This document shows positions 28,099 to 36,943 of a stretch of 45,712 bases of DNA, piece by piece (position 1 is the first letter of the stretch; each line of letters starts with the position of its first letter). Under the pieces are notes generated by a model. The model was not told where the DNA came from and did no database searches. It worked only from the letters and a program-made list of their open reading frames with translations. Position numbers and translations under genes: made by a program. Origin of the DNA: a virus (taxonomy: Duplodnaviria > Caudoviricetes); IMG/VR virus record IMGVR_UViG_3300008085_000051, positions 1 to 45,712 of that record; one strand, written 5' to 3'.

Positions 28099-29286
28099 AT
28101 GAGTAAATGGGCTAATACAATAATCAACAAATTTGAAGAGAAATATTATAATGGTTTAATCACCATTAATCATATTCCTGATAATAAAGAAGAGGTTACT
28201 TTTAAAGAAGATACAGGTATGGAAGATGATAAAGGTAAGCCTATTGTAGTTAGTTATAAGATTTGGGGGTGGAAACTACCTTATAAACAACAAAAGATGT
28301 TTATCCCTGATAAAATAGGTGACCGAGATACTTTAGATTTACTTCCTATCAAAATAACAGAAACTGAAGAATTTAGTTATAAAAATGAAGTGTTGTTAAG
28401 GGTATTAAATGCTCAGACTTTCAGAATTAAACCTGATTTGTTAATGACTATGGAAGAAATGTTCGATGACTTAATACAGATTAAACATAGTAGTCCTAAA
28501 GATTATCAAGTATTTATTGCATTAATATTAAGTCAAATACCTTTAAAGTTTAATTGGAGACTTGCTACAGTGGGTGGTTTTGGTAAGACTAATACTTATA
28601 AACAAATATGTACTTTATTACCTTCCAATATGATTATTAAATTAAAGTCCGAGAGTAAACTTATGAAAGAATCACACGAAAGAACAAGTCTTGTTATTGA
28701 AGAGTTTACCGATGTTAGAAGACAGGTTAAAGTAGATACAGAGGATTTCTTTAAGATAACTGCGGATGGGAGTAGTAAAATTATTAATCCTGCTCATAAG
28801 TCTGCTGCATTTCAAACATTAGACGAATATGATATAAGTAAAATTAGTTATGGTTTTTTTTATAATACTTATTATGATGCTTTAAAAAAGAATAGAGGCG
28901 ATGAGTATTTTGATTTCGTATATGATTTTCCCACAAGACAAAGATTTTTTCCTTTATATCTTGAAGGTGAATTAGATGGAAGTCAATTTGATGTACCTCT
29001 ACAAGATATTCAAAGACTTTATGATGAGAATGAAGGCTTTTATTTAAAGTTTATAAAAAGTATGTTATATTATATTGAAAATCCCTCAGAACTTATTAAA
29101 GGTAAAGAAAATTGGGTTTGGAAAAATAATAGAGTTAGTTTATTAAATGCAGACAGATTAAAAACTTCATTAAATAAATTTTTAATAGGAATGAAAGCGT
29201 GTAGTAAAACTGAAAAAGATTTTAATAATTTAGCTGATGAAGTATGGGTAAGGTATAAATTGTATTCAGAACAATTATCTGAATAA
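28099..29286 (+). CDS. Divergent P-loop ATPase, probable MCM-like replicative helicase
   Basis: GGFGKT Walker A, LVIEEF Walker B, TRQRF putative arginine finger. Confidence 0.55.
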   Translation: MSKWANTIINKFEEKYYNGLITINHIPDNKEEVTFKEDTGMEDDKGKPIVVSYKIWGWKLPYKQQKMFIPDKIGDRDTLDLLPIKITETEEFSYKNEVLLRVLNAQTFRIKPDLLMTMEEMFDDLIQIKHSSPKDYQVFIALILSQIPLKFNWRLATVGGFGKTNTYKQICTLLPSNMIIKLKSESKLMKESHERTSLVIEEFTDVRRQVKVDTEDFFKITADGSSKIINPAHKSAAFQTLDEYDISKISYGFFYNTYYDALKKNRGDEYFDFVYDFPTRQRFFPLYLEGELDGSQFDVPLQDIQRLYDENEGFYLKFIKSMLYYIENPSELIKGKENWVWKNNRVSLLNADRLKTSLNKFLIGMKACSKTEKDFNNLADEVWVRYKLYSEQLSE

Positions 29287-29339
29287 TTTGTTGACTCAAA
29301 ATTAAAAGTAGAAACTTTAGATTTAAGTAATTTTTAAAA

Positions 29340-29354
29340 CCAAAGTTTTATAAA
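29340..29354 (+). promoter_or_regulatory. BRE+TATA promoter
   Basis: ccaaagtTTTATAAA; ATG at 29380 at 33 nt. Confidence 0.75.
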
Positions 29355-29379
29355 TACACAAATATTAATATAATTACAA

Positions 29380-30081
29380 ATGAAAAAACAAACAATAATG
29401 TTATTTGGTGATTTACATTTCCCTTATAATCATATAGATGCTTTTGATTTTTTAAAGGCAGTAAAGAAAAAATACAAACCTACTGATGTTATTTGTACTG
29501 GGGATTTAATCGATTTTAATAGTATTAATTATCATGAGAAAGACCCAAATAGTATTAGTCAAGAAGAAGAGTTAGAGGAAGCGACTTTATTAATTGAAGA
29601 ATTAGGTAAATTATTTCCAAATTTAGATATTGTTGAAGGTAACCACGACAGACTTCCAATTAGAAAGGCAAAGTCAATAGGTTTACATTCAAGATTTATT
29701 AAAGATAATAAAGAAGTATTTAATATGCCTAAAAATTGGAATTGGTATCACGAAGTTAATAGAACTTTAATTACAGGTCAAAACTTATTAGTAAGACATT
29801 ATCTAACAAAAGAACCATTTAAAACTGCAGAATATTACAACACTTGCTATGTGCAAGGACATTCACACGAAGATTTTAAACTTTGGTGGTTTATGGATAA
29901 AAATAAGAACTATTGGGGGGCTACTATTGGTTGTTTAGTTGATGATAAATCTTTGGCTATGGCATATAATAAAGGTAATTTAAAAAGACCAGAATTAGGT
30001 TGTATGGTTATAGTTGAAGGAGTACCTAAATTAATACCTCTGAGATTAAAAAATAATATTTGGACAGGTGAGTTAGAATGA
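29380..30081 (+). CDS. Calcineurin-like metallophosphoesterase
   Basis: GDLH, TGD, GNHD and QGHSH motifs. Confidence 0.92.
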   Translation: MKKQTIMLFGDLHFPYNHIDAFDFLKAVKKKYKPTDVICTGDLIDFNSINYHEKDPNSISQEEELEEATLLIEELGKLFPNLDIVEGNHDRLPIRKAKSIGLHSRFIKDNKEVFNMPKNWNWYHEVNRTLITGQNLLVRHYLTKEPFKTAEYYNTCYVQGHSHEDFKLWWFMDKNKNYWGATIGCLVDDKSLAMAYNKGNLKRPELGCMVIVEGVPKLIPLRLKNNIWTGELE

Positions 30082-30599
30082 GTAAGTTTAAAGAAGGAGA
30101 TATAATTAGAATTAAACCTAATTATGAAGATTTTGAAGATGATTTATGGTGTATTGAACAACTAGATTTGAATAAATTATACGCTGTAGAAAATCATAGG
30201 GGCTATTGGGTTGATTTAAGAGGAATTGGTAATTGTTATCCTGCACACCACTTAGAATTGGTAGATAAAGAAACTAAAGAAAATTTCCTTAAATATGGAA
30301 CCGAATACAATCCTAAAGATGTGGCATTTAAGAATTCTAAGTATTGGAATATATTAGATAAATGTTCAGAAATTGCTAAAGAAAGAGAACAAAAGTATGA
30401 TACTGTAGAAGTTAATTTTAAAGAAATTAAAGATATTGTAAATCAAATATCAAAAAAACATTTCACAGAACAAGACATTATTGATATTATGATTGCAACT
30501 AAACTATCAAGAAGAAAGACGTCCTCCGATTTAGAGGATAACGATGTTGATTTGATTAACTATGTAGCAATAGGACTACATTTAAAGAAAAATGAATAA
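30078..30599 (+). CDS. Protein with C-terminal DUF6378-like helical domain
   Basis: EREQKYD..NFKEI...MIATKLSR...DNDVDLINY pattern. Confidence 0.6.
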   Translation: MSKFKEGDIIRIKPNYEDFEDDLWCIEQLDLNKLYAVENHRGYWVDLRGIGNCYPAHHLELVDKETKENFLKYGTEYNPKDVAFKNSKYWNILDKCSEIAKEREQKYDTVEVNFKEIKDIVNQISKKHFTEQDIIDIMIATKLSRRKTSSDLEDNDVDLINYVAIGLHLKKNE

Positions 30600-30798
30600 A
30601 AATAAAGATTATTTGAGATTAGGAATATTTACAGGGTGGACTTTGAACTTAGTGATACTTAAATATTATGGTTTGATTGCTACGAGCTGGTTATGGGTGT
30701 TTTCACCTATTTGGGTACCATTATTATTGGTATTATTATTGGTATTATTTGGAGTGCTGTTTGATATTATAATAAGTTTAGTGAGGGTGTTAAAATGA
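30592..30798 (+). CDS. Small membrane protein
   Basis: SWLWVFSPIW motif and hydrophobic helices. Confidence 0.75.
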   Translation: MNKNKDYLRLGIFTGWTLNLVILKYYGLIATSWLWVFSPIWVPLLLVLLLVLFGVLFDIIISLVRVLK

Positions 30799-30989
30799 TA
30801 GTTATTTTGGGTTGTATATTTATTTCCTTTATAATTGGTGTTTTGATCGGAGAAAGAGAACTAAGAAATAAGTTTGATATAGTTCCAGGAGAAAAATATT
30901 TAACGCCTGATTGTATTGAAGGTAGATTGAGTATTGTTGAATTAGATAAAAAATATTTTATTACTAAAGTATGGGTTAAAGAAAAATGA
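30795..30989 (+). CDS. Small membrane-anchored protein
   Basis: N-terminal TM helix. Confidence 0.65.
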   Translation: MIVILGCIFISFIIGVLIGERELRNKFDIVPGEKYLTPDCIEGRLSIVELDKKYFITKVWVKEK

Positions 30990-31237
30990 TAACTTATTAT
31001 AAATTCACTAGTAGTAATTGTCCAGGTTGTAAAGTCTTGAACAATCACTTAAAAGACTTAGATACTTCAAAGTATAATATTAGTGAAGTAAATCTTGATA
31101 CAGATGAAGGTATGGAACTAGCAATGAGATATAATATTATGTCTTTACCTGTATTGATTAAATACGAAAATAATATAGAGATAGATAAAATGATAGGATT
31201 TAATATTCAATCTTTCAAGAGGATGTTTCAAAAATAA
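30986..31237 (+). CDS. Thioredoxin/glutaredoxin-like protein
   Basis: CPGC, YNIMSLPVL and IGF motifs. Confidence 0.88.
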   Translation: MITYYKFTSSNCPGCKVLNNHLKDLDTSKYNISEVNLDTDEGMELAMRYNIMSLPVLIKYENNIEIDKMIGFNIQSFKRMFQK

Positions 31238-31391
31238 CAACATTATTAGAAATATACTATAATGGAGAAGATTTAAAAACAAAAATGGTTTTTATAAAAT
31301 TCATCAATAAAGTAGATAAAGTAACCTATAAAACAACTACTTTAATCAATAAATATAGATTTGAAGATATATTAAAACAAATTAATTAAAA

Positions 31392-31568
31392 ATGCACGGA
31401 TTAGGAGCAGGTAGATATATAACTATGTGTGGTTGTTGTAATAAAAATTGTGTATTTATGTATTGTCATTCAACGAAAAATTATCATTGTTGTGGTTGTG
31501 GTTGGGATAATAACGGGCAAGGACACTTTACAATGAATCCTCATCCACCTTTAGAACTTATGAGATAA
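31392..31568 (+). CDS. Small Cys-rich (Zn-finger-like) protein, 58 aa, not in the ORF track
   Basis: MHGLGAGRYITMCGCC...YHCCGCGW... Confidence 0.6.
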   Translation: MHGLGAGRYITMCGCCNKNCVFMYCHSTKNYHCCGCGWDNNGQGHFTMNPHPPLELMR

Positions 31569-31570
31569 AA

Positions 31571-32353
31571 ATGGACTTAAAAAAGAAAATAAATGAACTA
31601 ACTGGTTTGGAATACAAATATTGTGACAAACCCCTGAAAGGTGGAGATATACTTGAACCTACAGGAGAATTATTCAAAGATGTGGTGTGTTTAGACTTCA
31701 AGAGTTTCTACCCTAGTATTATTATTAGTCTTGAATTGTTTGGTCATAAAATGAATGAGTTTCTTAAAGAACAAATGAAATTAAAGAATTTGGGAGACAA
31801 AGACGCCAAGTTAATAATGAACAGTATTTATGGTTATTTTAAACACTATGACTATGAAAAAGCATGTATAGTGACTAAATTAGGTAGGGAAACCATAAGA
31901 AACCTTAGAGAGTATCTTAAAGAACAAAATTTTGATATTATTTATAGTCATACTGATAGTGTTATGGTGTCAGATATTAAAGATAAAGATAATTTAATGA
32001 GTTTTGTAGATGTGTTTGTTAAATCTCAGTTTCTTAACTTGACTTTAAATATAGAAAATGAGTTTAAATTTATATATTTCCAAAAAATAGGAGATAATTT
32101 TGCTAAAAATAGATATGTTGGAGTTGATTATAATGATAGATTACATTTAAAAGGTATAACTCTTAATGAAGAAGAAATAAAAATGATAGATTTTATTCAA
32201 TATACATTGTCTAAAGGTAGTAACATTTGCAATACAAAAGAACTACAGCAATACTTAGAAAAATACTACAAATCTAATGAAAAAAAACAAAGGTTTATAA
32301 ATCTAGAATTATTAAATATAATTGACATGGAAAGTCATAAAGTAAATTTTTAA
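31571..32353 (+). CDS. polB: Minimal family B DNA polymerase (no 3'-5' exonuclease domain)
   Basis: KGG, LDFKSFYPSII, KLIMNSIYG, YSHTDS, KNRY and LKG motifs within 260 aa. Confidence 0.9.
   Translation: MDLKKKINELTGLEYKYCDKPLKGGDILEPTGELFKDVVCLDFKSFYPSIIISLELFGHKMNEFLKEQMKLKNLGDKDAKLIMNSIYGYFKHYDYEKACIVTKLGRETIRNLREYLKEQNFDIIYSHTDSVMVSDIKDKDNLMSFVDVFVKSQFLNLTLNIENEFKFIYFQKIGDNFAKNRYVGVDYNDRLHLKGITLNEEEIKMIDFIQYTLSKGSNICNTKELQQYLEKYYKSNEKKQRFINLELLNIIDMESHKVNF
32288..32301 (+). promoter_or_regulatory. BRE+TATA promoter inside the 3' end of polB
   Basis: caaaggTTTATAAA; ATG at 32327 at 33 nt. Confidence 0.65.
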
Positions 32354-32354
32354 A

Positions 32355-32606
32355 ATGGTAAAAGTAAAAGAAATTAAAAAAACGACAGGTAAGAAAAGTA
32401 AAGTTACTGTTAAGTCGGTTATTGTGAAAGTTAGGGAAAATCTTAATAAAAAACAAATTGAGAAAGTTTCTTTAGTTTTAGAAGAAAAGTTTGAACAACT
32501 AGATGCAGCTGAAAAAGTAGTCAAGAAAATCAAAGCTCAAATAAAGGCTATTGAAGCTATGGATATTAATGATTTAGATTTAGATGGTTACGAATTTGAA
32601 TATTGA
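32355..32606 (+). CDS. Hypothetical protein
   Basis: 83 aa, basic N-terminus and acidic C-terminus. Confidence 0.7.
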   Translation: MVKVKEIKKTTGKKSKVTVKSVIVKVRENLNKKQIEKVSLVLEEKFEQLDAAEKVVKKIKAQIKAIEAMDINDLDLDGYEFEY

Positions 32607-32955
32607 AAGCATAGGTAGTGTTTTAGCATTTTTTGGAGATAATCCTGAAAAATGTGTAGTCACATCAATGGATATACTTTTTACTCAACCTGAAATATAT
32701 CCTCACATCTTTGGTTCAGCGGGAATGGTGAGAAATAACTCTCTATCAGTTTGTGAAGTTATACAAACTCCTCCTTTGGACATAGAAGTAGAATTATCTC
32801 TAAACGTTAATTCTGATATGATGCGAGAATTATTTATGGTTGAAAATGGAATAAAATATATTCCTGAGAAAATATCTAAAAAGAAAGTAGAAGATTGTAC
32901 TATAAAAGAACTTTTATTTGCTACAAAATATAAGTTAAAATCAAAAGATTTATAA
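32584..32955 (+). CDS. Hypothetical protein
   Basis: 123-aa ORF. Confidence 0.7.
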   Translation: MVTNLNIESIGSVLAFFGDNPEKCVVTSMDILFTQPEIYPHIFGSAGMVRNNSLSVCEVIQTPPLDIEVELSLNVNSDMMRELFMVENGIKYIPEKISKKKVEDCTIKELLFATKYKLKSKDL

Positions 32956-32956
32956 A
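32942..32956 (+). promoter_or_regulatory. BRE+TATA promoter
   Basis: caaaagaTTTATAAA, overlapping the upstream stop codon. Confidence 0.75.
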
Positions 32957-32978
32957 CTTAGAGATGTTACCTATTTTA

Positions 32979-33070
32979 AGAGTTCAACCACATAAAGTTG
33001 AATTCTAGCACTTTTTGTTAGTAAGGTGTGTTCCTACCTGGATATAGCCTAAGAATTATATCTGGGTTTT
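32979..33070 (+). ncRNA. Three-hairpin small RNA or structured 5' leader
   Basis: Three consecutive stems with G-U pairs, starting 30 nt after the TATA start. Confidence 0.55.
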
Positions 33071-33080
33071 CAAATAAAAA

Positions 33081-33965
33081 ATGGTAATAAAAACAATAAA
33101 TAATATGAAATTATATAAAGTAATTTCTAAAGACGGTATGGCACAAAATGGAGGGAACTTTGATTATAACCCTTATTTTCCTAAAAATGGCAAACCTGGA
33201 AAATGGACACCTGAAGTTAAGACTAAAAAATGTAAATCAGGATATCACATTACTAATTATTGGAATATGTGGATTAATCATAAATCTGATTTGGTTTTTG
33301 AAGTAGAATGTAAAGATATAAATGAATATAATGGTGTAGGAGTCATTGATAAATATGTTAGTAGTTCTATAAAATTAATTAAAAAAATTAACATAGAATT
33401 TGACCAACATTATAATACTGGGTATAGGAATACTGGAGATAGGAATACTGGAGATAGTAATACGGGGTATAGGAATACTGGAGATAGGAATACTGGAAAT
33501 TGGAATACTGGGTATAGGAATACTGGAGATAGGAATACTGGAGATAGGAATACTGGAAATTGGAATACTAGAGATAATAATACTGGAGATAGGAATACTG
33601 GAGATAGGAATACTGGAGATAGTAATACTGGGTATAGGAATACTGGAGATAGGAATACTGGAGATAGTAATACTGGAAATTGGAATACTTGCGATTATGA
33701 AACAGGAATGTTTAATACTCAAGCAAATTCAAGTATTAGAATATTTAATAAATATATTGATATGGATATTTGGAATAAATATTCTAAACCTAATTTTATA
33801 TACTTTGATTTAAAAGAAGATTATAACGAAAGTTTCATAAAATCATTCAACGAAACGACAAAAGAAGATGTAAAATTATTATTGAAACTACCTAATTTTA
33901 ACTATGAGGTTTTTGAAGAAATCTCTGGGATAACAAAGAAAATGATAGAGAGGAAATTAAAATGA
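33081..33965 (+). CDS. Pentapeptide-repeat (NTGxx) protein
   Basis: 18 NT(G/R)xx units flanked by CKSGYH in the N-terminus and LPNFNYEVFEEISGI in the C-terminus, an architecture common in phages. Confidence 0.85.
   Translation: MVIKTINNMKLYKVISKDGMAQNGGNFDYNPYFPKNGKPGKWTPEVKTKKCKSGYHITNYWNMWINHKSDLVFEVECKDINEYNGVGVIDKYVSSSIKLIKKINIEFDQHYNTGYRNTGDRNTGDSNTGYRNTGDRNTGNWNTGYRNTGDRNTGDRNTGNWNTRDNNTGDRNTGDRNTGDSNTGYRNTGDRNTGDSNTGNWNTCDYETGMFNTQANSSIRIFNKYIDMDIWNKYSKPNFIYFDLKEDYNESFIKSFNETTKEDVKLLLKLPNFNYEVFEEISGITKKMIERKLK
33414..33683 (+). repeat. 15-bp coding tandem repeat, 18 units
   Basis: aatactggagatagg and variants. Confidence 0.95.
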
Positions 33966-34174
33966 TTATAGATACAAATACATTTGGACAAACAATAGGT
34001 CAAATATCAGGTAAATTAATGGATAAAGACTTAGAAGCATACAAGAACGGAGAATTAAGGGAGGATTTTTTTAAATTAGCAGAAGAAAGTCTCTTGATGA
34101 GGACTTTATTATTAGAGAAAATTAAAACACATCAGATTTTAGGACCAATGTTAGATGCAAAACTTAAATATTAA
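33962..34174 (+). CDS. Hypothetical protein
   Basis: 70-aa ORF, ATGA-coupled. Confidence 0.65.
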   Translation: MIIDTNTFGQTIGQISGKLMDKDLEAYKNGELREDFFKLAEESLLMRTLLLEKIKTHQILGPMLDAKLKY

Positions 34175-34385
34175 AATGAAACTTCAAGAAATAATTACAA
34201 AAGACGAACAAGATAGAGTAGTTAGAAATAAATTTTATATTTCTAATGATAAATCTGATGTAAGTCACACGATTAGTTATAAATACGCCAGAGAACAACT
34301 AACTTATAGTGGACTCATTATGGGTTTTGACTGTTCTGATTATGAATGGAATAATTACCAAAAATATAAAATAAGGAGTTATTAG
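34155..34385 (+). CDS. Hypothetical protein (start may be ATG 34176)
   Basis: ORF fills the gap in the operon. Confidence 0.6.
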   Translation: MQNLNIKMKLQEIITKDEQDRVVRNKFYISNDKSDVSHTISYKYAREQLTYSGLIMGFDCSDYEWNNYQKYKIRSY

Positions 34386-34386
34386 A

Positions 34387-35145
34387 ATGAGTTTAGAATA
34401 TAACGACGAAAACCACACTTATGAAGTTAAAGGTAAAAGACTTATAGGAGTTACTACTTTAGTTCATAAATATAGTAGTGATTTTAATAAAGAAGAAATT
34501 ATTGATAAAATATTCGAAAAAAGTTATCATCCTGAAATATATTTAGGTTCTAATGGTAAATATAGGTTCTTCACTAAAGAAATGATATCTCAATTATGGA
34601 AAAATAAAGCTGAATATGGGACTTTTATTCATCAATTAGCAGAAGATATTATTAATAACAAAGAAGTCTTAGTTAAGTGTCCTGAGGTTAATCAAATCAA
34701 GAGATTTTTAAAAGAAGGTTATGAAGTAATTGCTACAGAACTTAAAGTGTATTCGGAAGAGTTAGGTGTTGCAGGCACAATAGATTTAGTACTAAAGAAA
34801 GGCGACAAATATTATATTGCAGATTGGAAGACTAATGTAGGTAAAGATTTAAGTGATATTAATGGAGATAGATGGACAAACTACTTAAAAAAACCATTAA
34901 ATAACACTCCAGATTTACCTTTTTGGTTATATAGCTTACAAACCTCTGTATATCAATATATATTACAGAATGATGTGAAGTATAAAGACACATACAAAGA
35001 GTTTGGAGATAACTTTTTAATACATTTAACGGGAAGTAAAGATGAACAAGTGTATAATATGTCTAAAATTGATTATAAAAAGATTAATGTTCCTTTCATG
35101 CGACAGGAAGTAGAATTAATGTTAGAGGGTCTAAAGAATGGATGA
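34387..35145 (+). CDS. PD-(D/E)XK exonuclease (RecB-like)
   Basis: GTFIH, TELKV, AGTIDL, ADWKT and LQTSVY motifs. Confidence 0.88.
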   Translation: MSLEYNDENHTYEVKGKRLIGVTTLVHKYSSDFNKEEIIDKIFEKSYHPEIYLGSNGKYRFFTKEMISQLWKNKAEYGTFIHQLAEDIINNKEVLVKCPEVNQIKRFLKEGYEVIATELKVYSEELGVAGTIDLVLKKGDKYYIADWKTNVGKDLSDINGDRWTNYLKKPLNNTPDLPFWLYSLQTSVYQYILQNDVKYKDTYKEFGDNFLIHLTGSKDEQVYNMSKIDYKKINVPFMRQEVELMLEGLKNG

Positions 35146-36028
35146 AAAAATAAGATTATTTAGTATGTTTAGTGGATATGGAGGAGCAGAATTTGCTCTT
35201 CAAAAAGCGGGAGTGAATTATGAAGTTGTAGGTTATAGTGAGATTGATAAATACGCAATTCAATGTTACGAACAAAATCATAGTAAAGTTAAGAATTATG
35301 GAGATTGTACTAAGATTAATCCTAACGACATTCCAGACTTTGATTTACTTACAGGTGGTTTTCCTTGCCAAGCATTTAGTAATGCAGGTAAAAGATTAGG
35401 CGAATTAGATACAAGAGGAACATTAGTTTATGATATTGTAAGAATTGCAGAAGTTAAACAACCTAAGTGGATTGTATTAGAGAACGTTAAAGGATTTACT
35501 TTCAAGAAATTTAAAGATACTTTTGATAAAGTTTTGAGTGAGTTTGATAGAATTGGTTATAATATTAAATATCAAGTGTTGAATACTAAAGATTATGGTG
35601 TTCCACAAAATAGAGAAAGAGTAATATTTGTAATGTATAGAAAGGACTTAGAATATACTTTCGAGTTCCCCGAAAAACAAGAACTAAAATTATCTTGGAG
35701 GGATTTAAAAGATGACGAAATTAACTATAAAAAGGTAAAAAAAACTCCTTCTAGAGATATTATGAGAGAAAAATGTAAAAATATTACTACTGAAGATATT
35801 GTAAGTTGTATATCTTTAAAACAAGATAGATTTCCAAACGCGGGAATAATAGATTTTGAAGATTATTATAGATTTTTAACTCCAATTGAAGTATTTAGGT
35901 TACAAGGATTCTTAAATAATGAGATTAATCTTGAAAACCTTAGTGATACTCAAAAATATAAATTAGCAGGTAATGGTTGGAGTATTAATGTTTTTGAACA
36001 AGTGTTTAGAAATATGTTTAAGAAATGA
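35138..36028 (+). CDS. C5 cytosine DNA methyltransferase
   Basis: FSGYGG, GGFPCQ, ENV, PQNRER, RLQGF and AGNG motifs. Confidence 0.96.
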   Translation: MDEKIRLFSMFSGYGGAEFALQKAGVNYEVVGYSEIDKYAIQCYEQNHSKVKNYGDCTKINPNDIPDFDLLTGGFPCQAFSNAGKRLGELDTRGTLVYDIVRIAEVKQPKWIVLENVKGFTFKKFKDTFDKVLSEFDRIGYNIKYQVLNTKDYGVPQNRERVIFVMYRKDLEYTFEFPEKQELKLSWRDLKDDEINYKKVKKTPSRDIMREKCKNITTEDIVSCISLKQDRFPNAGIIDFEDYYRFLTPIEVFRLQGFLNNEINLENLSDTQKYKLAGNGWSINVFEQVFRNMFKK

Positions 36029-36402
36029 AACTCATTCAATTAAAAAATAAGGACCTTAAATGGGTTAGAGAGAAATTATTAATAGAACAAGGTTATACTT
36101 GTGCAATATGTGGTTGTGATTTAGAATCTGATGTTAAATCTAACCCTAAAAACATACATATTGACCATGAACATTTTGGTGAACGGAGAGTCAGAGCTGT
36201 GTTATGTAGGAGATGTAATGTTATTGAAGGTAGAGTGTGGAAGTGGTATAATAGATACACTAAAAAAAAATTAAACAATAATAAAGATTATCAAAATATG
36301 CTCAAGGGACTTAATTTTTATTACGATAATCATATAACTCAATTCATACACCCTTTAGCTACAAGAGTTAAAAGAAAGAGAAAGAAAAATGCAAAGAAGT
36401 AA
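36025..36402 (+). CDS. Endonuclease VII-like (Holliday junction resolvase)
   Basis: CAIC, IDHEH and VRAVLCRRCNVIEG motifs. Confidence 0.88.
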   Translation: MKLIQLKNKDLKWVREKLLIEQGYTCAICGCDLESDVKSNPKNIHIDHEHFGERRVRAVLCRRCNVIEGRVWKWYNRYTKKKLNNNKDYQNMLKGLNFYYDNHITQFIHPLATRVKRKRKKNAKK

Positions 36403-36895
36403 AAGATCAGGGATATTTGTGACATCAGACACACATTTTAATCACTCCACAATGATAAAAGAACAATGGAGAAAGTTTAAGACTGTAGAAGAAATGAATG
36501 AGTTTATTATCAAACAATGGAATTCAGTAGTGAATCCTAATGACACAGTTTATCATTTAGGTGATGTTGCTTTGAATAAAAAAACTGATTATGATAATAA
36601 TATACAACCAAGATTAAATGGTAATATTATATATATTAAAGGTAATCATGACCCTTTAAATATATCAAATATACAATCTATGATAATTTTATTTCAAGGT
36701 AAAAGTGTAGAATTAGTACATAATCCGATAGATAGTACATTTTCAACAGATTATGTTATACATGGACACATACATAAATATAAAGAATTTAATACTGATG
36801 AACCTAATAGATTTTATAATGTAAATGTAGAATTTCATAAATTCAAACCTAAGTTATTAAATAATATTATTGGTGAGTTGAAACTTAAAAAATAA
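36389..36895 (+). CDS. Calcineurin-like phosphoesterase (short type)
   Basis: TSDTHFNH, WNSVV...HLGD, GNHD and HGHIH motifs. Confidence 0.92.
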   Translation: MQRSKRSGIFVTSDTHFNHSTMIKEQWRKFKTVEEMNEFIIKQWNSVVNPNDTVYHLGDVALNKKTDYDNNIQPRLNGNIIYIKGNHDPLNISNIQSMIILFQGKSVELVHNPIDSTFSTDYVIHGHIHKYKEFNTDEPNRFYNVNVEFHKFKPKLLNNIIGELKLKK

Positions 36896-36908
36896 AAAGG
36901 TTTATAAA
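36894..36908 (+). promoter_or_regulatory. BRE+TATA promoter
   Basis: aaaaggTTTATAAA. Confidence 0.65.
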
Positions 36909-36943
36909 TACAAACATATTATCTATATTACTTATATTAAAAA

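Noticed and set aside
31200-31390. Frameshift extension of the thioredoxin or a 34-aa ORF in the gap
   Set aside because: An open frame exists but has no clear slippery site or recognisable motif
33414-33683. Possible CRISPR array
   Set aside because: Contiguous 15-bp units with no unique spacers, in frame within a CDS; no cas genes
33375-33813. Shadow ORFs 33375-33722 (-) and 33400-33813 (+)
   Set aside because: Stop-free alternative frames created by the tandem repeat
34387-35145. Cas4 assignment
   Set aside because: Lacks the four-Cys Fe-S cluster pattern; generic PD-(D/E)XK exonuclease
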